Assembly: GCA_046153645.1 (NCBI GenBank)
Contig: JBJXGI010000059.1
Location: 1 to 19,832, forward strand
Origin: Elusimicrobiota bacterium
GTDB lineage: Bacteria; Elusimicrobiota; Elusimicrobia; F11
Direction of reading: 5' to 3'
Length of the DNA stretch: 19,832 nt
The position numbers and the translations under genes are program-made. Shown here piece by piece: positions 1 through 7,949 of the stretch. Every line of letters begins with the position of its first letter. Positions within the stretch are counted from its first letter, which is position 1. Below the pieces are notes generated by a model. That model was not told the origin of the DNA. It was given only the letters and a program-made list of their open reading frames with translations, and made no database searches.

Positions 1-3000
1 AACATGTCAGAGGCATCACCTTCCACATGTAATTGAAGGTTAACCACCTGTGATGGTGTCACAGGCGCCTCTTCAATTTGAAGAGAAGGAAGGGTTAATT
101 CATTGTTTTGGTTTCCCAGCCAAGGAATATAGTTTACTTTGTTGCTGACTAAGACACCTTGACCTTGGGGGTTGTACCAGCCATGGGTGTTGGTATCATC
201 ACTTAAATCGGCGGGGCCTGAAACATTATTCCAATCATTAAAACGCGCGTCAAAATTTTGGAGTGTGGTGTTCCGCACACCGTGCGTGGCTTGACCAAAA
301 TAACAATAACGAGCGCTGCTTGAAGAATGAAACGTTTCTAAATAAATACCATCATTAACAAACTGAAAACTGGTATTTTTTACCGTAAAACTTGAACTGG
401 TCGCACTATAAATTGATTTATCGGCATACTGAAAAATAGCATTTGATATTTGGGACGGTTTAAAAAGTTTGATTCCGTTCCAATCGCCCTTTTGTGGAGT
501 AACATTTCCTTCAGAGACATTACTGTTGCCACCAATTAAATCATCTTTATAAGAGGTAAAAATAACGGGGTTATTTTCATCTCCGTTAACGATTAATTCG
601 CCATTGGCAAGAAAATGGCCTTTTAATTTCAGAATAACACCAGGGTTAATAGAGAGTTTTCCAGTTGCGGGAATAAAAAAATTATTCAAATAATAAGGCC
701 AAACAATCGGTGACAACGTGGTCACACCAGTGGTTCCTGAATACATCAGTTCAATAGCATGAATACTATTGGTTGAAATTATCGTAGATGTTTCTAGGCC
801 AGAAAGTTGAATGTTCCCCCCTATTCGAACGAGAGCCGAATTATTATTACCAAAAGAATTTCTTAAAATTAAAACGGTTCCCACTCCTGTTGCATCAATA
901 CTTCTGGCATTAGAAAGAAAGGTGTTATCTATTGACCGAATTCCGGCATTAACAATTTGCAAAGCAACGCCATTTTTCTGAAATAAAGAATTCGAAATGA
1001 GAATATCGTTATTCGGAACGGAATCTTCTTGGATAACGCCAGAATAGGAATTTTGATGAAAAGTGCAACTGCTGATGGTGACTGTTTTTCTGTTTTGAGA
1101 GGGTGGAAAATAAATTCCAATTTGTGAATTTGAAAAATTAGAATTTGAAATAAAAGAAGGTTCATTGCTATCAATTTTCACAGTTTGTTGGCTAAATCGA
1201 AAATAAGTGTTGTTAAAATTAATTTTTCCTGGGCTATTAACTGTGAGCCCGACCCAATTACCCAAAGAAGGTGATGCCAACGGCCCTTCATATATATTGG
1301 TGTCCCCTCCAATTGAATCGTCTTTATAAGAAGTGAAATAAATGGGGGCAGCCTGAGTTCCATTGGCTTCAAGACTTCCCAAAATATTCATAGATTGATT
1401 TAAAAAATATTTGACCACGGTTCCAGGCTGCAAAATTAAACGAGAGCCTGCGTTTAAACTAACGCCATTAATAAGATAAGGAAATTTCCACGAGGACCAG
1501 GTTTCATGAGAGGTTAAGGTTCCTGAAACAATGATTCCTTCAATTTTATTGGGAGAAAGAATGATAGAGGAATCAAAATCTTGAAAATGAACGGCAGGGT
1601 GAATGTATAACAAAAAACCTTGATTGTCCCCAAACCGATTTTGCGAAAGAAACGGATTTCCGCTTCCGCTGGAAATATTAATACAGAAGTTAGAATTTTG
1701 AGTAAAGGTGTTATCTGAAACTTCAGAAACATTGTTTTTAACAAGGAGCGCTTTTTGATTCAAGTGAAAACGATTATTTTTAATTTGAGCTGGCGCCACT
1801 GAATCACTTCCATTAATGCCAAGAATGTTATTTTGAATGGTACACCCTTCAATCAGCATGGATGAGGATCCAACATATCGAATGGCGGTATTTGATTTTT
1901 CAAAGGTACTGTTGCAAATATTTCCGTTGTTTCCTATGAGAAGAAGATAAGGCTCGCTCACATAAAAATTTGTTCCAGCACCATATCGCAAGAGAGCATT
2001 TTGAATAATAACATGATCTCCCCCTTGAATTCCTTTCCAGTCGCCGATGTTGGGTTGACTTGAGGGGTTATACCCTAAGTGAGTATTGCCTTTAACTGAA
2101 TTATCATAGAGCGAAGTAAATATAACAGGTTCGCTTTCTGTTCCTAAAACATGAAATAAACCGCTGTTAATTATTTCACCAGAATCAGATAATTTAACAG
2201 CCACTCCTGGGTTTATGGTGAGACCTCCAGAGGGTTGGATGTTTAATCGACTTCTCATAATATAAGGGAAGTTTTTGACGTCTAGTGTCCAGGGTATAGT
2301 GAGAGAAAAAGTATTTATTATTTCAATACCATCAAGCCCTCCTGCGGAAAGAATGGTTGAGGTATCAAACTCACGCAACGAAACTCCAGGAACAATATTG
2401 GCCAAAGTTTTTGTATTAGAGGAAAATTTATTATTTGAAATTAACGGCGCTCCCTGAGAATAAATATAAATAGGTTGTTGATTTGAAATAAATTTATTAT
2501 TTGATATTTCAGCGACTTGACCGCTGACATGAATACCAGCGATATTATTTTCAAACACATTCCCCCTAATAAGAGCTCCACCATTGGCGCTAAAGGCACC
2601 AGAGGTAATGGCCATACCATTAAAAGCAAAGGTGCTGTTTTGAATAACACAAGGCGTGATTGATTCCAATGATATTCCGGCTTTATTATTTTGAAAGGAG
2701 CACTTATTTATTGTCAGTAGCGCCGTTTGGGAACCTGAGTTTTCATGTTTGATATTAAGCGCCCCTCCCGTAAAATTAATTGAGGTGCCGCCGGCGTAGA
2801 AGAATTTACAATCGTCTAAAAGGGTCTCAGAAACTTTATTTTTTGATAGGTAAGTTATTCCGCCCCAATCTCCGGGTCGTGGTGTTAAACCAGTGGTTAA
2901 ATCTTTAATAGAGGTAAACAAAACGCGCTGAGCCCTTAAAGCGCCGTTTTCAACGACAATGCCAGTCTCCTGTTGAAATTTAAGAATGATTCCAGAAGGA

Positions 3001-3170
3001 ATGGTTAATACGGCGCCATTTTGGATACGAACAATATCATTAATAATACGGGGCGATGGAACAGCTGGCCAAGCGGTATCGGTAGAAATAATAATATCTG
3101 CGTAAAGGAGAGGACCGACTGAGAAGAAAAAGAAAGCCCCTCCAAAAACAAAACTTAAAAGTTTGCGCAT
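1..3170 (-). CDS. Large secreted right-handed parallel beta-helix repeat protein (partial, runs off the left edge, >1056 aa)
   Basis: Absent from the ORF track because it has no stop in the window. Translated by hand from ATG at 3170: MRKLLSFVFGGAFLFFSVGPLLYA-DIIISTDT (signal-peptide-like), and the same frame is open at position 3 (...VNLQLHVEGDASDM). It has four modules with the motif FTS-x-x-D...P-x-x-G-[DN]-W-x-G-[IL], Asn-rich beta-helix-type strings (IQNSTF, ISNNKF, ISNSNF) and a DARFNDW...SGP...VNYIPWL segment near the left edge. Confidence 0.85.
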   Translation of the reverse strand, partial: MRKLLSFVFGGAFFFFSVGPLLYADIIISTDTAWPAVPSPRIINDIVRIQNGAVLTIPSGIILKFQQETGIVVENGALRAQRVLFTSIKDLTTGLTPRPGDWGGITYLSKNKVSETLLDDCKFFYAGGTSINFTGGALNIKHENSGSQTALLTINKCSFQNNKAGISLESITPCVIQNSTFAFNGMAITSGAFSANGGALIRGNVFENNIAGIHVSGQVAEISNNKFISNQQPIYIYSQGAPLISNNKFSSNTKTLANIVPGVSLREFDTSTILSAGGLDGIEIINTFSLTIPWTLDVKNFPYIMRSRLNIQPSGGLTINPGVAVKLSDSGEIINSGLFHVLGTESEPVIFTSLYDNSVKGNTHLGYNPSSQPNIGDWKGIQGGDHVIIQNALLRYGAGTNFYVSEPYLLLIGNNGNICNSTFEKSNTAIRYVGSSSMLIEGCTIQNNILGINGSDSVAPAQIKNNRFHLNQKALLVKNNVSEVSDNTFTQNSNFCINISSGSGNPFLSQNRFGDNQGFLLYIHPAVHFQDFDSSIILSPNKIEGIIVSGTLTSHETWSSWKFPYLINGVSLNAGSRLILQPGTVVKYFLNQSMNILGSLEANGTQAAPIYFTSYKDDSIGGDTNIYEGPLASPSLGNWVGLTVNSPGKINFNNTYFRFSQQTVKIDSNEPSFISNSNFSNSQIGIYFPPSQNRKTVTISSCTFHQNSYSGVIQEDSVPNNDILISNSLFQKNGVALQIVNAGIRSIDNTFLSNARSIDATGVGTVLILRNSFGNNNSALVRIGGNIQLSGLETSTIISTNSIHAIELMYSGTTGVTTLSPIVWPYYLNNFFIPATGKLSINPGVILKLKGHFLANGELIVNGDENNPVIFTSYKDDLIGGNSNVSEGNVTPQKGDWNGIKLFKPSQISNAIFQYADKSIYSATSSSFTVKNTSFQFVNDGIYLETFHSSSSARYCYFGQATHGVRNTTLQNFDARFNDWNNVSGPADLSDDTNTHGWYNPQGQGVLVSNKVNYIPWLGNQNNELTLPSLQIEEAPVTPSQVVNLQLHVEGDASDM

Positions 3171-3224
3171 ACACCAACCTTAAATAAATTAAAGAGGCCG
3201 GATAGGCCCTTAGAGGGGAGCTGG

Positions 3225-3254
3225 AGCTTATAATATGTATGTGAAAGGCGTCAA
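3225..3254 (-). promoter_or_regulatory. Candidate sigma70 promoter for the beta-helix gene
   Basis: Minus strand TTGACG (3254-3249), 18-nt spacer, TAAGCT (3230-3225), about 55 nt upstream of ATG 3170. Confidence 0.35.
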
Positions 3255-3260
3255 ATAAAA

Positions 3261-3386
3261 TTAAAAATTTTTCAGGTAAGTACGAATGTGGTTTGAAAAA
3301 ATAACAAAATCTTTTAATTGTGTGGTTAACACTTTGTGAACTATGAGTTTTTGATGGACAGTTTTTTTGTCTAACTTTTTAGTCAT
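3261..3386 (-). pseudogene. Internally deleted HepT/DUF86 (HEPN) toxin remnant, 41 aa
   Basis: ATG directly abuts the mntA stop (TAA-ATG). Product MTKKLDKKTVHQKLIVHKVLTTQLKDFVIFSNHIRTYLKNF resembles a DUF86 N-terminal helix joined to a DUF86 C-terminal helix pair. No R-x4-H RNase motif. Position is the usual one for the MNT partner. Confidence 0.6.
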
Positions 3387-3776
3387 TTATTTGGAGTCCC
3401 AGTGTACTGACATGAGTCGTTCGATATCAGGAAAACGATTCATTGTATCGGCCTGAAAACAAACACGATCCCATTCATTCCTAGAATATAGAAGTTTTCC
3501 GGTTGAAATAACTTGATGTCTAAGAAAAATGGAAGCTTGATTTAAAATAACCAAATCAACATTTTGATTTTTTAAGAATTTTATCAGTTCAGTTATTAAC
3601 TGAGATTTATAACCATAAGGTATTTTTTTAAGTAAGGCTTTTGAGTCAACCAAAACGGCGATATCAATGTCACTCATTTTATTTGAATTTCCATTGGCAT
3701 AAGATCCAAATAAATAGGCAGCTCTAATCTCTTTTTTGTTTCTGAAAAACCTTTTTAAGGCGCTAAAATTTTTCAT
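3387..3776 (-). CDS. mntA: Minimal nucleotidyltransferase, MntA-family antitoxin (type VII HEPN/MNT TA)
   Basis: AAYLFGSYANGNSNKMSDIDIAVL matches GS-x10-DxD, followed by VDLVILN and a typical C-terminus (HQVISTGKLLY). ATG 3776 preferred over the track's TTG 3782. Confidence 0.85.
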   Translation of the reverse strand: MKNFSALKRFFRNKKEIRAAYLFGSYANGNSNKMSDIDIAVLVDSKALLKKIPYGYKSQLITELIKFLKNQNVDLVILNQASIFLRHQVISTGKLLYSRNEWDRVCFQADTMNRFPDIERLMSVHWDSK

Positions 3777-3779
3777 AGC

Positions 3780-3810
3780 CAAATTCTATAGAATTTGCCC
3801 AAATTGGCAA
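3780..3810 (-). promoter_or_regulatory. Candidate mntA promoter overlapped by palindromic operator-like sites
   Basis: TTGCCA (3810-3805), 16 nt, TAGAAT (3788-3783), 6 nt, ATG. A perfect 18-bp palindrome CAAATTCTATAGAATTTG at 3780-3797 covers the -10, and TTGCC-N6-GGCAA at 3795-3810 covers the -35. Confidence 0.55.
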
Positions 3811-3834
3811 AGGGAATTAATTCAATATAAGTAA

Positions 3835-4257
3835 TTATGAATATTTAAGACGCGTGGGGAGAGAGAATTTGCCGGCAAGGGCGTCATTGATTTGGACCAA
3901 GAGCTCGTTAAACATGATGGGTTTTTCTATCAATCCTTGGGCACCTGCCTGCTGGGTTTTGGTGAGGCTAGAGGGGTCGGCGTAGGCGGTTACAAACAAA
4001 ACCGGGGTTTTTATGAACTGAGGGTTTTCTCTGAGTCTTTTACACATGGTAAACCCGTCCATATTGGGCAGCATAATATCGAGTACAAATAAATCAGGTT
4101 TTTCAGTTTTGAGACGTTCTAAGGCTGATTCAGCGTTTCGAGCGGGAATAACATTAAACCCTTCTTGTTTGAGTGAAAATTCAAGAAATGACAAAACCGA
4201 CTCATCATCGTCAACAACCATCAGACTTTTTCCAGGAATATTAAAATCAAGATCCAT
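3835..4257 (-). CDS. Single-domain response regulator receiver (CheY-like)
   Basis: LMVVDDD acidic pocket, FVLDIMLP phospho-Asp, FVTA and EKP motifs, no output domain. ATG 4257 (MDLDFNIPGK) preferred over 4287. Confidence 0.9.
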   Translation of the reverse strand: MDLDFNIPGKSLMVVDDDESVLSFLEFSLKQEGFNVIPARNAESALERLKTEKPDLFVLDIMLPNMDGFTMCKRLRENPQFIKTPVLFVTAYADPSSLTKTQQAGAQGLIEKPIMFNELLVQINDALAGKFSLPTRLKYS

Positions 4258-4332
4258 AGAAGTAATATATCCAGATAAAATAATCATTTCCAGGCCTAAA
4301 ATTAAATATGTTTTTAGGTTATACTTCGTAAC

Positions 4333-5010
4333 ATGGAATCCGCTATTAAACTTTCCATTGTTATTCCTGCTTATAATGAAGAAGCGCGTATTGCTTTAAC
4401 CTTAAAAAAAATGGTTCAGTTTGTTGAAACACAACCTTATCGTTGTGAAGTTTTGGTGGTAGACGATGGTTCTAGTGATAACACCAGCGCCTTGGTTAAA
4501 GGTTTTTCCGCTCAATATTCATTTATTTCTCTTCTTCAAGGACAGCTTAATCAGGGAAAAGGTTTTTCTGTTAAAAAAGGAATGTTGGCAGCCAAAGGCG
4601 CGTTTCGCTTATTTAGTGACGCAGATTTATCAACTCCTATAGATGAAGTAAATAAATTTTTCCCCCTTTTAGAAAATGAAAACCCCGAAGAGCGTTTTGA
4701 TATTGTCATCGGTTCTCGACGAATGGAAGGGGCCGATTTAATTCAACGGCAACCCAAGCACCGTGAAGGGGCAGGGCGCATTTTTAGTTTATTGGTAAGG
4801 TTTTTGGTGTTGCCGGGCTTTCTTGATACGCAGTGCGGTTTTAAAATGTTCTCAGCTCAAGCGGCAGAAACCATTTTCCCCAAACAAACCATTAGCGGCT
4901 TTGGGTTTGATGTTGAAATTCTCTCTATCGCCACTGAATTAGGCTATAAAATCAGCGAAACCCCCGTCGCTTGGGAAAATTCCCCCTTAAGTAAAGTAAA
5001 CCTATTTTGA
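4333..5010 (+). CDS. GT2 glycosyltransferase, polyprenyl/dolichyl-phosphate hexosyltransferase (DPG-synthase/ALG5-like); probably truncated by a premature TGA, natural end 5079
   Basis: LSIVIPAYNEE, VVDDGSSD, NQGKGFSVKKG, FSDADLSTP, VIGSR, DTQCGFKMF and FGFDVEIL motifs. The frame continues past the TGA as DAPQMLFDLLKIR... to TAG at 5077-5079. Confidence 0.88.
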   Translation: MESAIKLSIVIPAYNEEARIALTLKKMVQFVETQPYRCEVLVVDDGSSDNTSALVKGFSAQYSFISLLQGQLNQGKGFSVKKGMLAAKGAFRLFSDADLSTPIDEVNKFFPLLENENPEERFDIVIGSRRMEGADLIQRQPKHREGAGRIFSLLVRFLVLPGFLDTQCGFKMFSAQAAETIFPKQTISGFGFDVEILSIATELGYKISETPVAWENSPLSKVNLF

Positions 5011-5065
5011 GACGCCCCTCAAATGCTTTTTGATTTACTCAAGATCCGCTTGCACGTGGGTCATT

Positions 5066-5095
5066 TACATGGTAAATAGCCTACATGGTTAATAG
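5066..5095 (+). repeat. 14-bp near-perfect tandem direct repeat at the GT2/ATPase junction
   Basis: TACATGGTAAATAG (5066-5079) and TACATGGTTAATAG (5082-5095), 13/14 identical. Confidence 0.6.
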
Positions 5096-6245
5096 AACCG
5101 CCATCAAACGAATCCAAAATTCAAAAAAAAGCATTCTTTTATTGGGCCCGAGACAAGTAGGAAAATCAACTTTATGTCGCGGGCTTAATCCAGATTTGGT
5201 TATCAATCTTGCTGATGAAGCGCTATTTTTAAAATTTTCTAAGGATCCTGAGAGATTAAAAAGAGAAATAGATTCAATAAAAAGACCGAGTATTATTTTA
5301 ATTGATGAAATTCAAAGAGTTCCTTCATTGTTAAATTCCATACAAGCCTATTTAGACCAGCATTCAAAAACTCGTTTTATTCTCACCGGGTCGAGCGCAC
5401 GTAAATTAAAAAGAGGGGGCGCTAATCTTTTACCTGGAAGAATTATTCTGGAGTATTTAGATCCTTTATCTATTTGGGAACTGGGGAATAAATTCAAATT
5501 AGAAAAAGCATTGAATATTGGGAGCTTGCCCGGTATTTATCTTGACGAAGCGGAATCAAATGAAGTGTTATCAACTTATGTCCAAGTTTATTTGAAAGAA
5601 GAAATTCAAGCCGAGGCGCTAAGTAGAAACATTGGGTCATTTGCTCGTTTTTTAGATGCTGCCGCTGAAGCATCAGGGCAGTGGATTAATTATTCTAAAC
5701 TTGCTAGCGATACCGAAACACCCAAAGAAACCATTCGCCGCTATTATGAGATACTTGAAGATACGCTTATTGTTCACAGAGTCCCCCCCTTTCAATTACA
5801 AAAAAATCATCGTAGATTAAGCCAACGTGATCGGTTTTTCTTTTTTGATGTGGGTGTTCGTAATTCTATTTTAGGATTGGTGAATCAAAACTTACCTTTA
5901 TCTGAGAAAGGTAAGTTATTTGAACAATGGATTGTTCTTCAAGTTATTGGTTTTATTCATGCGCATAAAAAGAGTTGGAAAGTAAGTTCATTTCGTACTG
6001 ACACAGGGTTAGAAGTTGACCTTATTATTGAAACTCCTCAAAAAAATATCGCAGTGGAATGTAAATATAGTCAAAATGTGGGTGTTTCTGATTTGGTGGG
6101 CTTACAAGCTTTTGAAAAGTTATCCAAGAAGAAATGTGAAAAAATTGTGCTCAATCTTTCAACACGTAGGCAACTTTTTCCCACAAAAGAACGGGTTGTA
6201 CACTTTCAAGACTTTTTACTTAAAGAATTGCCAAAAATCTCTTAA
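5085..6245 (+). CDS. AAA_14 / DUF4143 ATP-binding protein (COG1373-type) with C-terminal PD-(D/E)xK-like domain
   Basis: Walker A GPRQVGKST, Walker B ILIDEIQR, LTGSSA, LPGR, FFDVG, GKLFEQW and C-terminal EVDLII...AVECK. Confidence 0.88.
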   Translation: MVNRTAIKRIQNSKKSILLLGPRQVGKSTLCRGLNPDLVINLADEALFLKFSKDPERLKREIDSIKRPSIILIDEIQRVPSLLNSIQAYLDQHSKTRFILTGSSARKLKRGGANLLPGRIILEYLDPLSIWELGNKFKLEKALNIGSLPGIYLDEAESNEVLSTYVQVYLKEEIQAEALSRNIGSFARFLDAAAEASGQWINYSKLASDTETPKETIRRYYEILEDTLIVHRVPPFQLQKNHRRLSQRDRFFFFDVGVRNSILGLVNQNLPLSEKGKLFEQWIVLQVIGFIHAHKKSWKVSSFRTDTGLEVDLIIETPQKNIAVECKYSQNVGVSDLVGLQAFEKLSKKKCEKIVLNLSTRRQLFPTKERVVHFQDFLLKELPKIS

Positions 6246-6321
6246 AAATCTCTCCAATTCTTACTATTTCTTTACAACCCTCTTATTTTAAACTTTTCTT
6301 TTCTTTCTAATATCCAGGGAA

Positions 6322-7242
6322 ATGATAAAGACCTTTCAGTTTAAATTTTATTTTTTCCCCTTCTTTCTGCTTTTATATTTGGGCTCTAAACCCATCAAGG
6401 CCATTTCCAATCAAAGCAGTGGCATCCCTGAAGAATGTTCACACCTTGTGAAAAAAGTTTTGATGTTACCTGAAGAAAAAATTGACGTCGGAATGGCGGC
6501 TCTGGCTTTTGCAAAAGAAATATATCCCGATTTAGATATAGCCGCTTACTCAAATAAACTTGACGTTTTGGCTGAGCAAGTGCGGCAAATGTCCAAAGAA
6601 ACTAAAAACCCCGATCAAAGAATTCGATGCCTTAATACGGTCATACTTCTTCATGAAAAATACCAAGGAACTAAAGATCTTGCCACAGCTCGTACATCGC
6701 AGATGTATTACCTTAACCGCGTTTTGGACACCAAACAGGGTAACTGTGTCTCCATGCCACTCCTTTATATTGCTGTGGCAGAGAGATTGGGTTGGCCTAT
6801 TTATCTTGTACATGTACCGGATCATTCGTTTGTCCGCTATGTTGACCCGGCTCTAAAAGAGCAAAACATTGAAGCAACCAGTAATGGCGGAACTGTGTCT
6901 GATGAACAGTACTCAAAAGATTTTTTGGTGAGCCAAAAAGGGAGAAAAAGTGGCGCTTATCTCAGAACGTTAACCCATCGAGAGTTACTGGGAGACTTGG
7001 CGGCTATTAATGGAATTTCTTTCGCCCGACAAAAAAAGAGGTCAACAGCCGTCGCGTATCTAGAATTGGCCACAAAACTAAATCCCAAAAATGTCGCCGC
7101 ATGGAGAAACCTTGCCTACGCCTATCATATATTGGCAAAACACTCAAAAGATGAAGATGCAAAAAAGTATGCCGAGAGAATTAAAGTCATAACAAAAAAA
7201 CTAAATGAACTGGGGTTTGTCGATCCGAAAGACATCTACTAA
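6322..7242 (+). CDS. Exported transglutaminase-like (Transglut_core2/SirB1-like) protein with C-terminal TPR
   Basis: Hydrophobic N-terminus. YLNRVLDTKQGNCVSMPLLYIAVAERLGWPIYLVHVPDHSFVRY...NIEAT gives a Cys/His/acidic candidate triad. TPR-like AVAYLELATKLNPKNVAAWRNLAYAY. Confidence 0.75.
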   Translation: MIKTFQFKFYFFPFFLLLYLGSKPIKAISNQSSGIPEECSHLVKKVLMLPEEKIDVGMAALAFAKEIYPDLDIAAYSNKLDVLAEQVRQMSKETKNPDQRIRCLNTVILLHEKYQGTKDLATARTSQMYYLNRVLDTKQGNCVSMPLLYIAVAERLGWPIYLVHVPDHSFVRYVDPALKEQNIEATSNGGTVSDEQYSKDFLVSQKGRKSGAYLRTLTHRELLGDLAAINGISFARQKKRSTAVAYLELATKLNPKNVAAWRNLAYAYHILAKHSKDEDAKKYAERIKVITKKLNELGFVDPKDIY

Positions 7243-7244
7243 CC

Positions 7245-7949
7245 ATGAGAAAAATTGTTCTCATCTCCATATCATCACTTATTTTTATGACTGGTTGTTT
7301 TAGGACCGCCAATGGAGTTTCTCCCCGGTTCTGGAAAAACCGAGCGGTTCATATTGGTGTTGGGATAAGGGTATTGCCTCCTCATATAGATGTAAACAGA
7401 AAAGATTTATATCGTGAGATGTTGCTCCATAACGATTTCCCAACATTCACTGAAAACGAGAAATACATTATTCAGAAGTTTGTAATAGAAGAATTTAATG
7501 ATGTCGTAAGTGATTTTGTTAGGGAGTTAAACAGATGTGGATTTCAAGCAAAAAAAATTTCTGACTTTGTAATACCAAAATCGGAAAGGAAGACTGAAGT
7601 CGATTTGACTTCAATTGCAAATGAAGCAAAAGTCGATATATTAATCTTGTTTAATGTGCATTCCCTCGGAATTCTAAACCATTATGATAGAAAAAATAAT
7701 CTCATTCAAAGCAGTGCTAAGCTGGGCGTCTACGGATATATGTCAGAAATGAAAAACGGAAAAATGAAGGCGGGTTTTTTCAAGCAACACCTATGGACAA
7801 TGTTTTTTTCAGAAGAAAACGGAACGATTCCCATTGAAGGCGATTGGAGGCAACCGCCAGACTATCCAAAACTAAAATCGGCCCTCAAAGAAGCCATTAC
7901 AAAAGCCAAAGTTTTTTTTATTGAAGATTTTTTTAAACGGGAAGAGTAA
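7245..7949 (+). CDS. Hypothetical lipoprotein
   Basis: MRKIVLISISSLIFMTG-C: basic N-terminus, hydrophobic core, lipobox-like MTGC. Starts 2 nt after the upstream stop. The 3' end overlaps the convergent kinase by 17 bp. Confidence 0.65.
   Translation: MRKIVLISISSLIFMTGCFRTANGVSPRFWKNRAVHIGVGIRVLPPHIDVNRKDLYREMLLHNDFPTFTENEKYIIQKFVIEEFNDVVSDFVRELNRCGFQAKKISDFVIPKSERKTEVDLTSIANEAKVDILILFNVHSLGILNHYDRKNNLIQSSAKLGVYGYMSEMKNGKMKAGFFKQHLWTMFFSEENGTIPIEGDWRQPPDYPKLKSALKEAITKAKVFFIEDFFKREE

Noticed and set aside
929..2650. Short ORFs in the track (929-1174, 1178-1372, 1514-1744, 2275-2457, 2441-2650)
   Set aside because: They are off-frame or antisense shadows inside the long beta-helix CDS and carry no recognisable motifs.
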